Shown: positions 33,836 to 41,176 of the stretch, piece by piece
How positions within the stretch are numbered: the first letter of the stretch is position 1
Layout of the letters: each line of letters begins with the position of its first letter
Source: a virus
Lineage: Duplodnaviria > Caudoviricetes
Strand: one strand, 5' to 3'
IMG/VR virus record: IMGVR_UViG_3300014732_000001
Coordinates: 26,461-90,460 of that record
Length of the DNA stretch: 64,000 nucleotides
Made by a program: the position numbers and the translations under genes
Notes under the pieces: model-generated
Told to the model about the DNA's origin: nothing
What the model saw: only the letters and a program-made list of their open reading frames with translations
The model's database searches: none

Positions 33836-33865
33836 TTGACAGGAGGGGAGAGGTGGGGTTACTAT
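33836..33865 (+). promoter_or_regulatory. rightward sigma70-type promoter of control cassette B
   Basis: TTGACA-18-TACTAT; G-rich spacer like cassette A. Confidence 0.65.
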
Positions 33866-33882
33866 TGGTCATCACTAGGTGA

Positions 33883-34159
33883 TGTGAAAATCTTTCCTAC
33901 ACCATGTGAACAACGTTCCTACATTTATAGGAACAAATGACACAGTAGTAAGATAGAAAGAGAAAGATAGATTTAAGAAAGAGCTTTACTTATAGGAACA
34001 AAATTCCTATTCTTTTCTTTCTTGTATTTGGTTGTATCGGTGCTAGGCTTTTAGAGGTCGAAGACCGATATACATTTTGTTGGTGCAAGAAGCGAGAGCG
34101 AATTAGAAGAAAGATTGTTGTAGGAACAATTTTCCTATATTGTGTGAACAATGATCATA
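33883..34159. repeat. six 17-bp semi-palindromic boxes (cassette B), iteron/operator-like
   Basis: TGTGAAAATCTTTCCTA (33883), TGTGAACAACGTTCCTA (33905), TAGGAACAAATGACACA (33928), TAGGAACAAAATTCCTA (33993), TAGGAACAATTTTCCTA (34121), TGTGAACAATGATCATA (34143). Confidence 0.8.
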
Positions 34160-34169
34160 CGGAGGTGTT

Positions 34170-34292
34170 ATGAACCTAAAGCTACCATTCTTGGTACTAC
34201 AGTGGATTGATGACAATAGAGGGGGTAAGACACGCAAAGCATTTATCGTAGATTGTTTAGTGATGTTGGTAAAAGAAAACAGGAAGCCTTAA
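34170..34292 (+). CDS. small CopG/Arc-like ribbon-helix-helix protein, 40 aa (not in ORF track)
   Basis: MNLKLPFLVLQWIDDNRGGKTRKAFIVDCLVMLVKENRKP; GGAGG RBS; paralog of 4237-4362 (WID.NRG). Confidence 0.7.
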   Translation: MNLKLPFLVLQWIDDNRGGKTRKAFIVDCLVMLVKENRKP

Positions 34293-34340
34293 AACTTTAA
34301 TACTCAGGCTTACCGTAGAAAATCTAGTATGGAGGTAAGT

Positions 34341-34835
34341 ATGCAAGAAATAGATGAACAGTTTTACAAATTCCCTAAAATGCTGATGATGGCAGATGCT
34401 TATGTGAGCAGGAAAACGGGAGAGATTGTTAGGTTGACAGACGCAGATAAGAATGTGTATGTTGTGATGAAAGCTCGTAACGAGTTCTTTGACAACCATT
34501 ACGACAAGCAATCGGACATTGCAGAGATGTGTAACCTTACAGTCAGGAAGGCCGGAGGGGCCATCCGTGAATTTACAAAACACGGTATCATTGAGAGCAG
34601 TAAGGTTTATTCAGGCGGAGAGCACAAGAATCTCAAGTACACCAAGATTCATTGCTTGGAGCTTCTAAGGGGCGAGGGTGAAGGAGGTAAACGGAAACAC
34701 ATACCAATAGGCGTTCTCCCAGAGACAATCTGGCAGAAGGTTGAGAAGAGGGCTGTTATGCCTAAGGTAGTACAACAGAAGAGTATTTATACACCAGCAC
34801 CAAACTGGGACGACGAAGAAGGATTACCATTTTAG
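34341..34835 (+). CDS. winged-HTH DNA-binding protein (DUF6945-like, from recall), possible replication initiator B
   Basis: FYKFPK N-terminus; KQSDIAEMCNLTVRKAGGAIREFTKHG HTH; tail DDEEGLPF. Confidence 0.75.
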   Translation: MQEIDEQFYKFPKMLMMADAYVSRKTGEIVRLTDADKNVYVVMKARNEFFDNHYDKQSDIAEMCNLTVRKAGGAIREFTKHGIIESSKVYSGGEHKNLKYTKIHCLELLRGEGEGGKRKHIPIGVLPETIWQKVEKRAVMPKVVQQKSIYTPAPNWDDEEGLPF

Positions 34836-34843
34836 GAGGATTT

Positions 34844-35140
34844 ATGAGTTTTGATGTAGGAGATACAGTTTATGCCCTTAGGGTATTGGGTAGGTCTGCT
34901 TGCTGTGAGGCCCCGTCTATGCTTTTTGCCATGCGTGGGGATGAGCTAGAAATTTTGAAAGTGCATGAACCAAAACCTTATGATAAAACCACATGGTATG
35001 AAGTTAGATTGAAGCGAGGGTCTGGTGAATTCTCTGTCACATTTGGCGACATCACAAAGATGAGGCATTTTGAATTTAACTACAGCGAGTTTCAAAAAGA
35101 ACTTGACAAAGAAAGGGCAAGAGACTATGGAGGCTGGTAA
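34844..35140 (+). CDS. hypothetical SH3-like protein
   Basis: FDVGDTV N-terminus; GGAGG RBS. Confidence 0.7.
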   Translation: MSFDVGDTVYALRVLGRSACCEAPSMLFAMRGDELEILKVHEPKPYDKTTWYEVRLKRGSGEFSVTFGDITKMRHFEFNYSEFQKELDKERARDYGGW

Positions 35141-35278
35141 AATAATGTGTTTCAGGAAGCGTTTTAATTGGCAAGGAGTTGTTCCCGTTGGTTTGAAATA
35201 TTTTAATTGTGGAGAGCTTGTCAAAGAGAAGATTTGTGTGTAGGATGTAGTCATCAAATTGTTCTGGAGGTTTTTAGC

Positions 35279-35812
35279 GTGAAACAGAAGATTTACTTGA
35301 TGAAGAATGACTTTGGTTTGCATAAAATCGGTATCAGTTTGAATCCGAAAAAGCGTGCTATGGAGAGGAAGATTAGGAAGAGCTACAAACCACTTCGCAA
35401 TCTTGCAAAGCTAGCAGTATTGATTGCTATGAACAGTCCCGACTATCCAAACGCAATGTCAGCTTTGACAAACAAGATTAATGAGGACCGCAAGCGGCCA
35501 GAGAAGCAGCAGAAGTTTTATGGGATTGATGGTGTTGTCCCCGTTGGTAAGGTGTTCGAGGCATTACAGAACCACAACGACTTGATCCGTGAAGTTTTCT
35601 TTTCAGACAAAGGTGTTGTGTTGCAAAAGTACGATAGTGATATTATGATGCGTGTAATCGAGATTGTTCTTCAGACAGGGAACAGTATTTTGTGCTACCA
35701 TGACTCAGCCTTGGTGAAAGAATCAGCCAAAGAGATTCTGAGGGACGCTATGCGAGTGGCATGGAAAGAGATTCTTGGGGATGATACATTTTGCAGAATT
35801 GAGGAGAAGTAA
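35279..35812 (+). pseudogene. chimeric ORF: T5orf172 N-terminal remnant fused to a family-A/T7-like polymerase palm fragment
   Basis: GTG with GGAGG RBS; KIYLMKNDFGLHKIGISLNPKKRA, then unrelated sequence ending LQKYDSDIM...ILCYHDSALV. Confidence 0.5.
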
Positions 35813-36037
35813 ATGAAACCAATTTCAGAAATGACAGACAACGAGTTTGATAAATATTTGAAGACGATCAAACCAACACTGCCTCCGTGGTGCAAGGATG
35901 GTGCAAAATGCTCACATTACTCTTCTGAGGGATTTGTTGATCGTAATGGAAATCGAGCTGTTGTGACAATTGCCCATTGGGTGGATAAGAAGGGGGAGAA
36001 GAAAGAGTCTGTTTCAACAGTAAAATGGGAGAAATAA
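35813..36037 (+). CDS. hypothetical protein
   Basis: 74 aa, GAGGAG RBS. Confidence 0.7.
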   Translation: MKPISEMTDNEFDKYLKTIKPTLPPWCKDGAKCSHYSSEGFVDRNGNRAVVTIAHWVDKKGEKKESVSTVKWEK

Positions 36038-36038
36038 A

Positions 36039-36242
36039 ATGATTTTCAAAAAGAAATATAAGCGGACTGAGTGGATGAATGGGCTTTTGGAAGCTGAGGA
36101 ACTAATAAAAGAAAAGCCAACATTCGTTGGAGGGGTTTCACATATACTCAGAGGCTGCACTGAATATGAGGATGGTGTGTACGATTATCTTGAGCATTAC
36201 GAAGAAAATAAAGAAATTCTATCAAATGGGCTTGACAAATAG
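36039..36242 (+). CDS. hypothetical protein
   Basis: 67 aa, GGAG RBS. Confidence 0.7.
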   Translation: MIFKKKYKRTEWMNGLLEAEELIKEKPTFVGGVSHILRGCTEYEDGVYDYLEHYEENKEILSNGLDK

Positions 36243-36259
36243 AATTTTCATGCTACTAT
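36232..36259 (+). promoter_or_regulatory. sigma70-type promoter
   Basis: TTGACA-16-TACTAT. Confidence 0.65.
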
Positions 36260-36291
36260 CTCCCACATAACCAACAAAGAAGGAGGTCGCC

Positions 36292-36471
36292 ATGAGCGAT
36301 GATGTATGCCACGTTTGTGGCGATTTAAAAGACGAAGAAGGAAATTGCTACACTTGCTCTGATGAGCATATTGATTTGCGTAAAGATTTTGTGTGGGAAT
36401 ACGGACACGAGTCGATAACTCAAAAAGATACACAATTTAGGAAAATATTGCCATTTTATGAAGATTTTTAA
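36292..36471 (+). CDS. small zinc-finger protein, 59 aa (not in ORF track)
   Basis: AAGGAGG RBS; CHVC...CYTC. Confidence 0.65.
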   Translation: MSDDVCHVCGDLKDEEGNCYTCSDEHIDLRKDFVWEYGHESITQKDTQFRKILPFYEDF

Positions 36472-36490
36472 CATTTAAGTTAAATAATGC

Positions 36491-36520
36491 TTGACAATGA
36501 GCAATAATGTGATCTATAAT
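36491..36520 (+). promoter_or_regulatory. consensus sigma70 promoter for the HNH/terS unit
   Basis: TTGACA-18-TATAAT. Confidence 0.75.
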
Positions 36521-36676
36521 GAACCCGAGTAAGACAGAAAACTTTCTGTACTTATCACGGCTGCGCAACAGCCGATAAAAACACGCAATAGAGACTCTTA
36601 TAGCAAGTTACCTTTTAGCAGGGCTTGCGTGTCCCTGTTGCGGCTAACTGGTGACTTGACTATAGGAGTTTTAAAA
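36521..36676 (+). ncRNA. structured 5' leader or sRNA candidate
   Basis: three hairpins, including a 76-nt irregular stem (36594-36669) that pairs the AGGAG RBS. Confidence 0.5.
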
Positions 36677-37372
36677 TTGCTAGCTTATACATCTACAGGA
36701 TTACCCAAAATTATCGGAACAGGCGGTGAAGCGGAAGCTATTCTTCTCCACAGCGTGGAGAATTCTATGGGTTGTTGGTTATGGACGGGCCGCCGACACA
36801 ACTGTGGCTACGGTCAGATAAAAGTAGATTTGAGAGATAAGATGGTTCATAGGGTTTCTTATGAAGCTTTTATTGGACCAATCCCAGAAGGTCTCTTGAT
36901 TCGACATCGTTGTCACGAAAAGCTTTGCTGTAACCCTCTTCACCTCGAACCGGGCACAGACCGCGATAATTGGTTGGACATGCTCGTAGATGGCCACACA
37001 AGACTTATTGAACAAAATGGTTCTGATAATCTTATGGCTAAGCTTACAGAAGAGCAAGTTTACGAGATCAGGGAAAGATTTAAGACTGGTAAAATATTAA
37101 GCAAAGAGCTTGCAGAGGAATACGGTGTAGCACGTCGAGCTATAGAACGGACAATATGCGGAACAGCATATTCTTGTTACACCAAAATTCCTCCTTACGA
37201 TTGGCGAGATTTGGATGTTGAAATGTTCCATGATCGGCTTACAAGGAAAGGCAAAGCCGTTATTGAGAAAATGCTTCTTGATGGACTCTCCAGAAAAGAG
37301 ATTCTGAACAAGACAAATTTCACACCTAAAATGATTTACAAAGTTGCTAATCAAGATTATAAGGATTTATAA
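36677..37372 (+). mobile_element. HNH homing endonuclease (TTG start)
   Basis: CWLWTG...GYGQI...HRVSYE..IGPIP.G..IRHRC...CCNP.HL..GT...N..DM; C-terminal HTH (AKLTEEQVYEIR). Confidence 0.85.
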
Positions 37373-37752
37373 TGACTAATGAAGTAAACTCTAGAGATAT
37401 CCCAGATAAGTTGGGCAGGACCGGAGCAGCGAAAGGTGGGAGAAAACCTGGGACAAAATCGAGCCGTACACCACGCCAGCGCAAGCTCGCAGAGGTGTTG
37501 AATAAACTCTCTCCTGTAGTAGCTAAAGCCCTTGCCAAAGCTGAAGCAATTCTGGATGCTGATCTTGAAAAGAGTGGTGTAAGCGCTACAGTGCAGTTGC
37601 AAGCAGCTAAGCTCGTTATTGATAAAGCTATCGAGCTTACAAACGAATGCTACAAGCCTGACACAGCTTCAGGTGAAGCTCCACAAGATGACGATGGTGA
37701 AGAAGAGACAGGAGCTGTTTTGAGTTTCACTGTTGTTGATGGGAAGAAGTGA
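37372..37752 (+). CDS. terS: terminase small subunit (putative)
   Basis: N-terminal GGRKPGTKS motif, helical core, acidic linker and C-terminal beta strand (VLSFTVV); upstream of terL. Confidence 0.65.
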   Translation: MTNEVNSRDIPDKLGRTGAAKGGRKPGTKSSRTPRQRKLAEVLNKLSPVVAKALAKAEAILDADLEKSGVSATVQLQAAKLVIDKAIELTNECYKPDTASGEAPQDDDGEEETGAVLSFTVVDGKK

Positions 37753-38043
37753 TTCTTAGCAGAATCCTTTCCTGAAGAAATAAAAGATTCCTAAGCTTGG
37801 TTGGAAACAAGCCGATTTGATTTCTCGTTATTGAAATTAGTGTGTGCTAAATGCCGACCCGCACTTTAAATCCAGACTCGGCGTGGCGTATGGCGCTAGT
37901 GAAAGCTACTTTAGTGCTTGTGAAGGGTGCGCAACTACCTTGCCCACTTTAGATGTATGGTTGAGGGACTGTAGTATGACGGCTCGGGAATGACGCATAG
38001 GCTCTGGTGGCGATCATTCCAATTTATTCTTAGTAGGTGAGAC
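37753..38043 (+). ncRNA. structured intergenic RNA candidate
   Basis: ORF-free; several stems with G-U pairs and GAAA loops on the plus strand. Confidence 0.45.
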
Positions 38044-38295
38044 ATGGAAGACCCAATAGATTATTGCACAATGTTCCCAGATAAAATCTTCTCTTGGGAT
38101 ATTTCTTATTGCTGTAAAGCACATGATCTTGCCTACACCCTTCAAGCTCCAAGACGCGAAGCCGATCTTGAGCTATTCAAATGTGTTTCTGACAGCCAGC
38201 CATATCTTGCATTCCCAGCTTTGATGTTGGGGTGTATTATGTACCTCGGTGTCCGAGCATTTGGAAAGTATTTTTATAACAAAGCTGCAAACTAA
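38044..38295 (+). CDS. phospholipase A2-like small protein
   Basis: YCT...CCKAHDLAY...R..ADLELFKC: CCxxHDxxY catalytic motif plus second Asp helix. Confidence 0.7.
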   Translation: MEDPIDYCTMFPDKIFSWDISYCCKAHDLAYTLQAPRREADLELFKCVSDSQPYLAFPALMLGCIMYLGVRAFGKYFYNKAAN

Positions 38296-38300
38296 TTTCT

Positions 38301-38505
38301 CCTAGCAACCTTCCTCCTCATTCGGTTGCTTCTCCTCCCCACAAAGAGTGTCTGGAACTTTTCCTGTCAGACATTCCAGTGGGTCTTCACATGAGCTTGG
38401 CATGGCATCGAAAGATGCTCCTCCTCCGACGAGCTTGCAGCCCTCGTTCCAAGCAGGCTGCTCCCTAACATTTTCTAATACGTTTCTACAGGAGGAGCGT
38501 ATCAA
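38301..38505 (+). ncRNA. structured, CCUCC-rich intergenic RNA candidate
   Basis: four local hairpins plus a 10-bp long-range helix; four CCTCC motifs. Confidence 0.45.
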
Positions 38506-38547
38506 AAAGTGTTAAACTAAACACACTTATTTTTAGGAGATACGAAT

Positions 38548-39069
38548 ATGACAAAGAAAAAAGAAGAGAATGTTGAAAACAACATTGTCAATGAATATGA
38601 AATCCAGCTTGGCCCTGTAGACCATCTCGGACACAAGTGGGCAGAGAATCTTATTAAATACACCAAGCTTGGTGCTGAAGTTAAAAAAGGTTCTTTGATT
38701 AAAGCTACATTCCCCCATCACGTATGGCTCACTATCTCTACAAGCGAAGTGCTGAAGAATGAGCCGGGTGTTCAAGTGTTTCGTATCAATGAGACATTTA
38801 CTAAAGAACAGCTTGAGGTGATGGAGTGGTCGGAATTTCGGGATGCTTGTCAATCTAAGAAGATTCGCGGGCGTAAGCGTGACGATATGATGCGTGCTTA
38901 TCTGAAAGCTACAGGTCAAGACCCAGACGCTATTTCTAAGAACAAGCTTGTCCCTAAGGGTGGGTTTGTTGAAGAGGAAGAAGCCGCAGAAGTAGTTACA
39001 GAAGAAGAAAAACAAGAGACAACCTCTCCTGAAGAATCTTCTACAGAAGAAAAGAAAGAAGACGAATAA
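38548..39069 (+). CDS. hypothetical protein with SAP/Rho-N-like helical motif and acidic tail
   Basis: TKEQLEVMEWSEFRDAC...IRGRKRDDMMRAYL; Glu-rich C-terminus. Confidence 0.8.
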   Translation: MTKKKEENVENNIVNEYEIQLGPVDHLGHKWAENLIKYTKLGAEVKKGSLIKATFPHHVWLTISTSEVLKNEPGVQVFRINETFTKEQLEVMEWSEFRDACQSKKIRGRKRDDMMRAYLKATGQDPDAISKNKLVPKGGFVEEEEAAEVVTEEEKQETTSPEESSTEEKKEDE

Positions 39070-39097
39070 ATATTTTCTCCCCTCAAGGTAGACGCCC

Positions 39098-40942
39098 ATG
39101 ATTATATCAGGAAAACTTCTTACACCTACAGGGGAGCCTCTTGCAGGCGCAAGACTTCGCCTGACAGCAACAGCAACATTCCCAGAAGTTCTCAAGTTCT
39201 CAACACAAGAAGTAGTGGTTGACCAGCTTGGTGAATATAGCATTGATGTCCCCGTTGGTCGATATCGTGTAGATGTGTGGGAAAAGTCAAGTCGTGGCTT
39301 TGTAAACGTTGGAATCATTGAAGTTAGTAGCTCCACTACAGCCTCCGATATCAACACCCTTCTTATGGTGAATCAGACAAGCATTCCTCGTGATCCTCTG
39401 TTGGGTGTTATTGAAGGATTAGTTGAGTCTGCACAAGAAGCCGCTTCCGAAGTATCCTCTGCAATGCAAGAGCTTGATACACGGGTTAATACAGAAATTA
39501 CAGAAGCTCTAGATGGATTTACTCCTCGTGACGGCGTAGATGGCATCAACGGCACTGATGGACGTGATGGTGCTGATGGCATTACCCCTGTTCTCTCTAT
39601 TGGCACTGTTGTAGAAGGTGAGACAGCAAGCGCCACACTCACAGGAACCACTGAACAGCCAGTAATCAACTTGGTTCTTCCAAGGGGTCCGAAAGGTGAT
39701 GTTGGTGAACAGGGTATTCAGGGACCACAAGGACTCCCCGGAGAAGCTGGTACGGGCGTTGCTAAAGCCCGTACAAACATCCTCACGAAGGGTTTGTTTG
39801 GACGTTACAATGGCTTTACAACAAGCTCTGATTGGACAACAAACATTGTCATGGAGCTTGAATCAGATTTTACAGCCTTGCGAATCGGCATTCCTAATGC
39901 ATTGCCTACGCAGGTGAATGGTATTCGAGTGAGCGTAGGAGTTCTTGCAGCAGCTGTCCCTCAGGCTTGGTTGGTAGATATCAACCCCACTGGTGGATGG
40001 GTGGATGCTACATTCGAGGGGGCCTCCTCTCTGAATGCTCCAGCTCGTATTGCAGCAGATAGATATAGTCTTCCTCTTACAGATTGGCTGAACATCAGAA
40101 GCATTCCTCGTACAGACGGCGGTATTCGTCCTCTGATCATTATGCGGATCGAATATCCAAATGGAAGCTTGCCCTCTGTTCCCTATCTTGGAACAAGCAA
40201 CTGGCGGCAAGCCACAACACCACGAGTAATGAAGACATCTGTTCAGACAGTGCTTGGTGTTACTAACAAAGCTGCATACACTCAGACAACAAACACAGAA
40301 GGCTCTGTCGTTGTCCCTGTAGTGCAATACATTAGTAAGAAGAAAGGTCGTCAGGGATTTATTAGCGGAGACTCCACGAAAGAGGGAGTTGGTGGCAACC
40401 CTAACGGTTATGGCGCTGTTCAGATGGCTTCCTATGAACTGTCCACACCCGACAATCCAATTGAGTATTTCAACGCAGGATTGCACGCACAAGGCCCAGC
40501 AGTTTATAGCAAACGTCTTGCTGATATGGGAAGCTTTGTAAAACCAACGTTCGTTACATATTCCCCTTACAGCGTTAACGATACTGCTGTTGGTGGTCTT
40601 ACGGACGACCAGATTGGACGCATTTATACAAGCCTTGCAGACTTTATGAACGAAATGCGTAATCATCCCAATGCCACATTGATCCTTACAGAGCCTCTTC
40701 CCAATAACCCTGCTTTCAGGGATACAGGAGCTGGAGATCAGAAGCGTAGGGATTTGATTGCAGATTTGGCTACATTTGATGTGATTGTTGCAGAGGGCTA
40801 TGCCGCTGCTTTGAGTGGGGCACAAGATACTGATGGACAAACTTTGATTGCCTCTGGGCTAACTACAGATAATGTCCATCCTAATTTGGCAGGATATCAA
40901 GCCCTCGCACAAATAATTAAGCCAATTGTAGAAAATCTTTAA
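39098..40942 (+). CDS. tail spike/fibre-like protein: tail-fibre N-terminal domain, collagen repeats, SGNH/GDSL esterase
   Basis: ISGKLLTPTGEP...GEYSIDVPVGRYRV (lambda Stf-like N-terminus); Gly-X-Y runs; SGDSTKEG, NAG, VND, DNVHPN..GY SGNH blocks. Confidence 0.8.
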   Translation: MIISGKLLTPTGEPLAGARLRLTATATFPEVLKFSTQEVVVDQLGEYSIDVPVGRYRVDVWEKSSRGFVNVGIIEVSSSTTASDINTLLMVNQTSIPRDPLLGVIEGLVESAQEAASEVSSAMQELDTRVNTEITEALDGFTPRDGVDGINGTDGRDGADGITPVLSIGTVVEGETASATLTGTTEQPVINLVLPRGPKGDVGEQGIQGPQGLPGEAGTGVAKARTNILTKGLFGRYNGFTTSSDWTTNIVMELESDFTALRIGIPNALPTQVNGIRVSVGVLAAAVPQAWLVDINPTGGWVDATFEGASSLNAPARIAADRYSLPLTDWLNIRSIPRTDGGIRPLIIMRIEYPNGSLPSVPYLGTSNWRQATTPRVMKTSVQTVLGVTNKAAYTQTTNTEGSVVVPVVQYISKKKGRQGFISGDSTKEGVGGNPNGYGAVQMASYELSTPDNPIEYFNAGLHAQGPAVYSKRLADMGSFVKPTFVTYSPYSVNDTAVGGLTDDQIGRIYTSLADFMNEMRNHPNATLILTEPLPNNPAFRDTGAGDQKRRDLIADLATFDVIVAEGYAAALSGAQDTDGQTLIASGLTTDNVHPNLAGYQALAQIIKPIVENL

Positions 40943-40950
40943 AATAACAG

Positions 40951-40980
40951 TTGACGTAGAGAGAAGCTACAGCTTATAAT
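40951..40980 (+). promoter_or_regulatory. near-consensus sigma70 promoter for the HNH/terL/structural operon
   Basis: TTGACG-18-TATAAT, then TAGCACAT. Confidence 0.75.
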
Positions 40981-40984
40981 TAGC

Positions 40985-41176
40985 ACATAGCTTGAAAGAA
41001 AGCTTTCGGGGCTTGTCGGGAGACATTCCCCATTTTATTTAAGTATGCTCCAACAATACGCTGTTCAATGAACGGCCTCTGTTGTAATAATCTTGACGAT
41101 CCGTAAGGCTGGCTATAGAGTTGTAGAAATACGGCTACGCCAGCAGGGCGTCATCTTTATTTAGGAGATTTGTTTT
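40985..41176 (+). ncRNA. structured 5' leader or sRNA candidate
   Basis: stems capped by GGGA, GTAA and GAAA (GNRA) loops; multibranch 41094-41153. Confidence 0.5.

Noticed and set aside
3883-34159. CRISPR array or mini-array interpretation of the 17-bp boxes
   Set aside because: Units are degenerate, spacers are only 5-6 bp, and no cas genes are present; they fit protein-binding sites better.
4874-34843. 29-bp direct repeat as prophage or island att sites
   Set aside because: No integrase or recombinase was seen, and the interval contains core phage regions. Kept only as a possible homologous-recombination point.
39863-40840. 325-aa antisense ORF
   Set aside because: Shadow of the SGNH spike gene; no RBS or motifs.
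41085-41153. Possible hammerhead ribozyme (TTGACGA followed by a small stem)
   Set aside because: The core is not CUGANGA and there is no GAAA immediately after stem II.
36500-41176. tRNA cluster expected from related phages
   Set aside because: No acceptor stem plus GTTCRA T-loop pattern was seen; the hairpins present do not form cloverleaves. tRNAscan would settle this.
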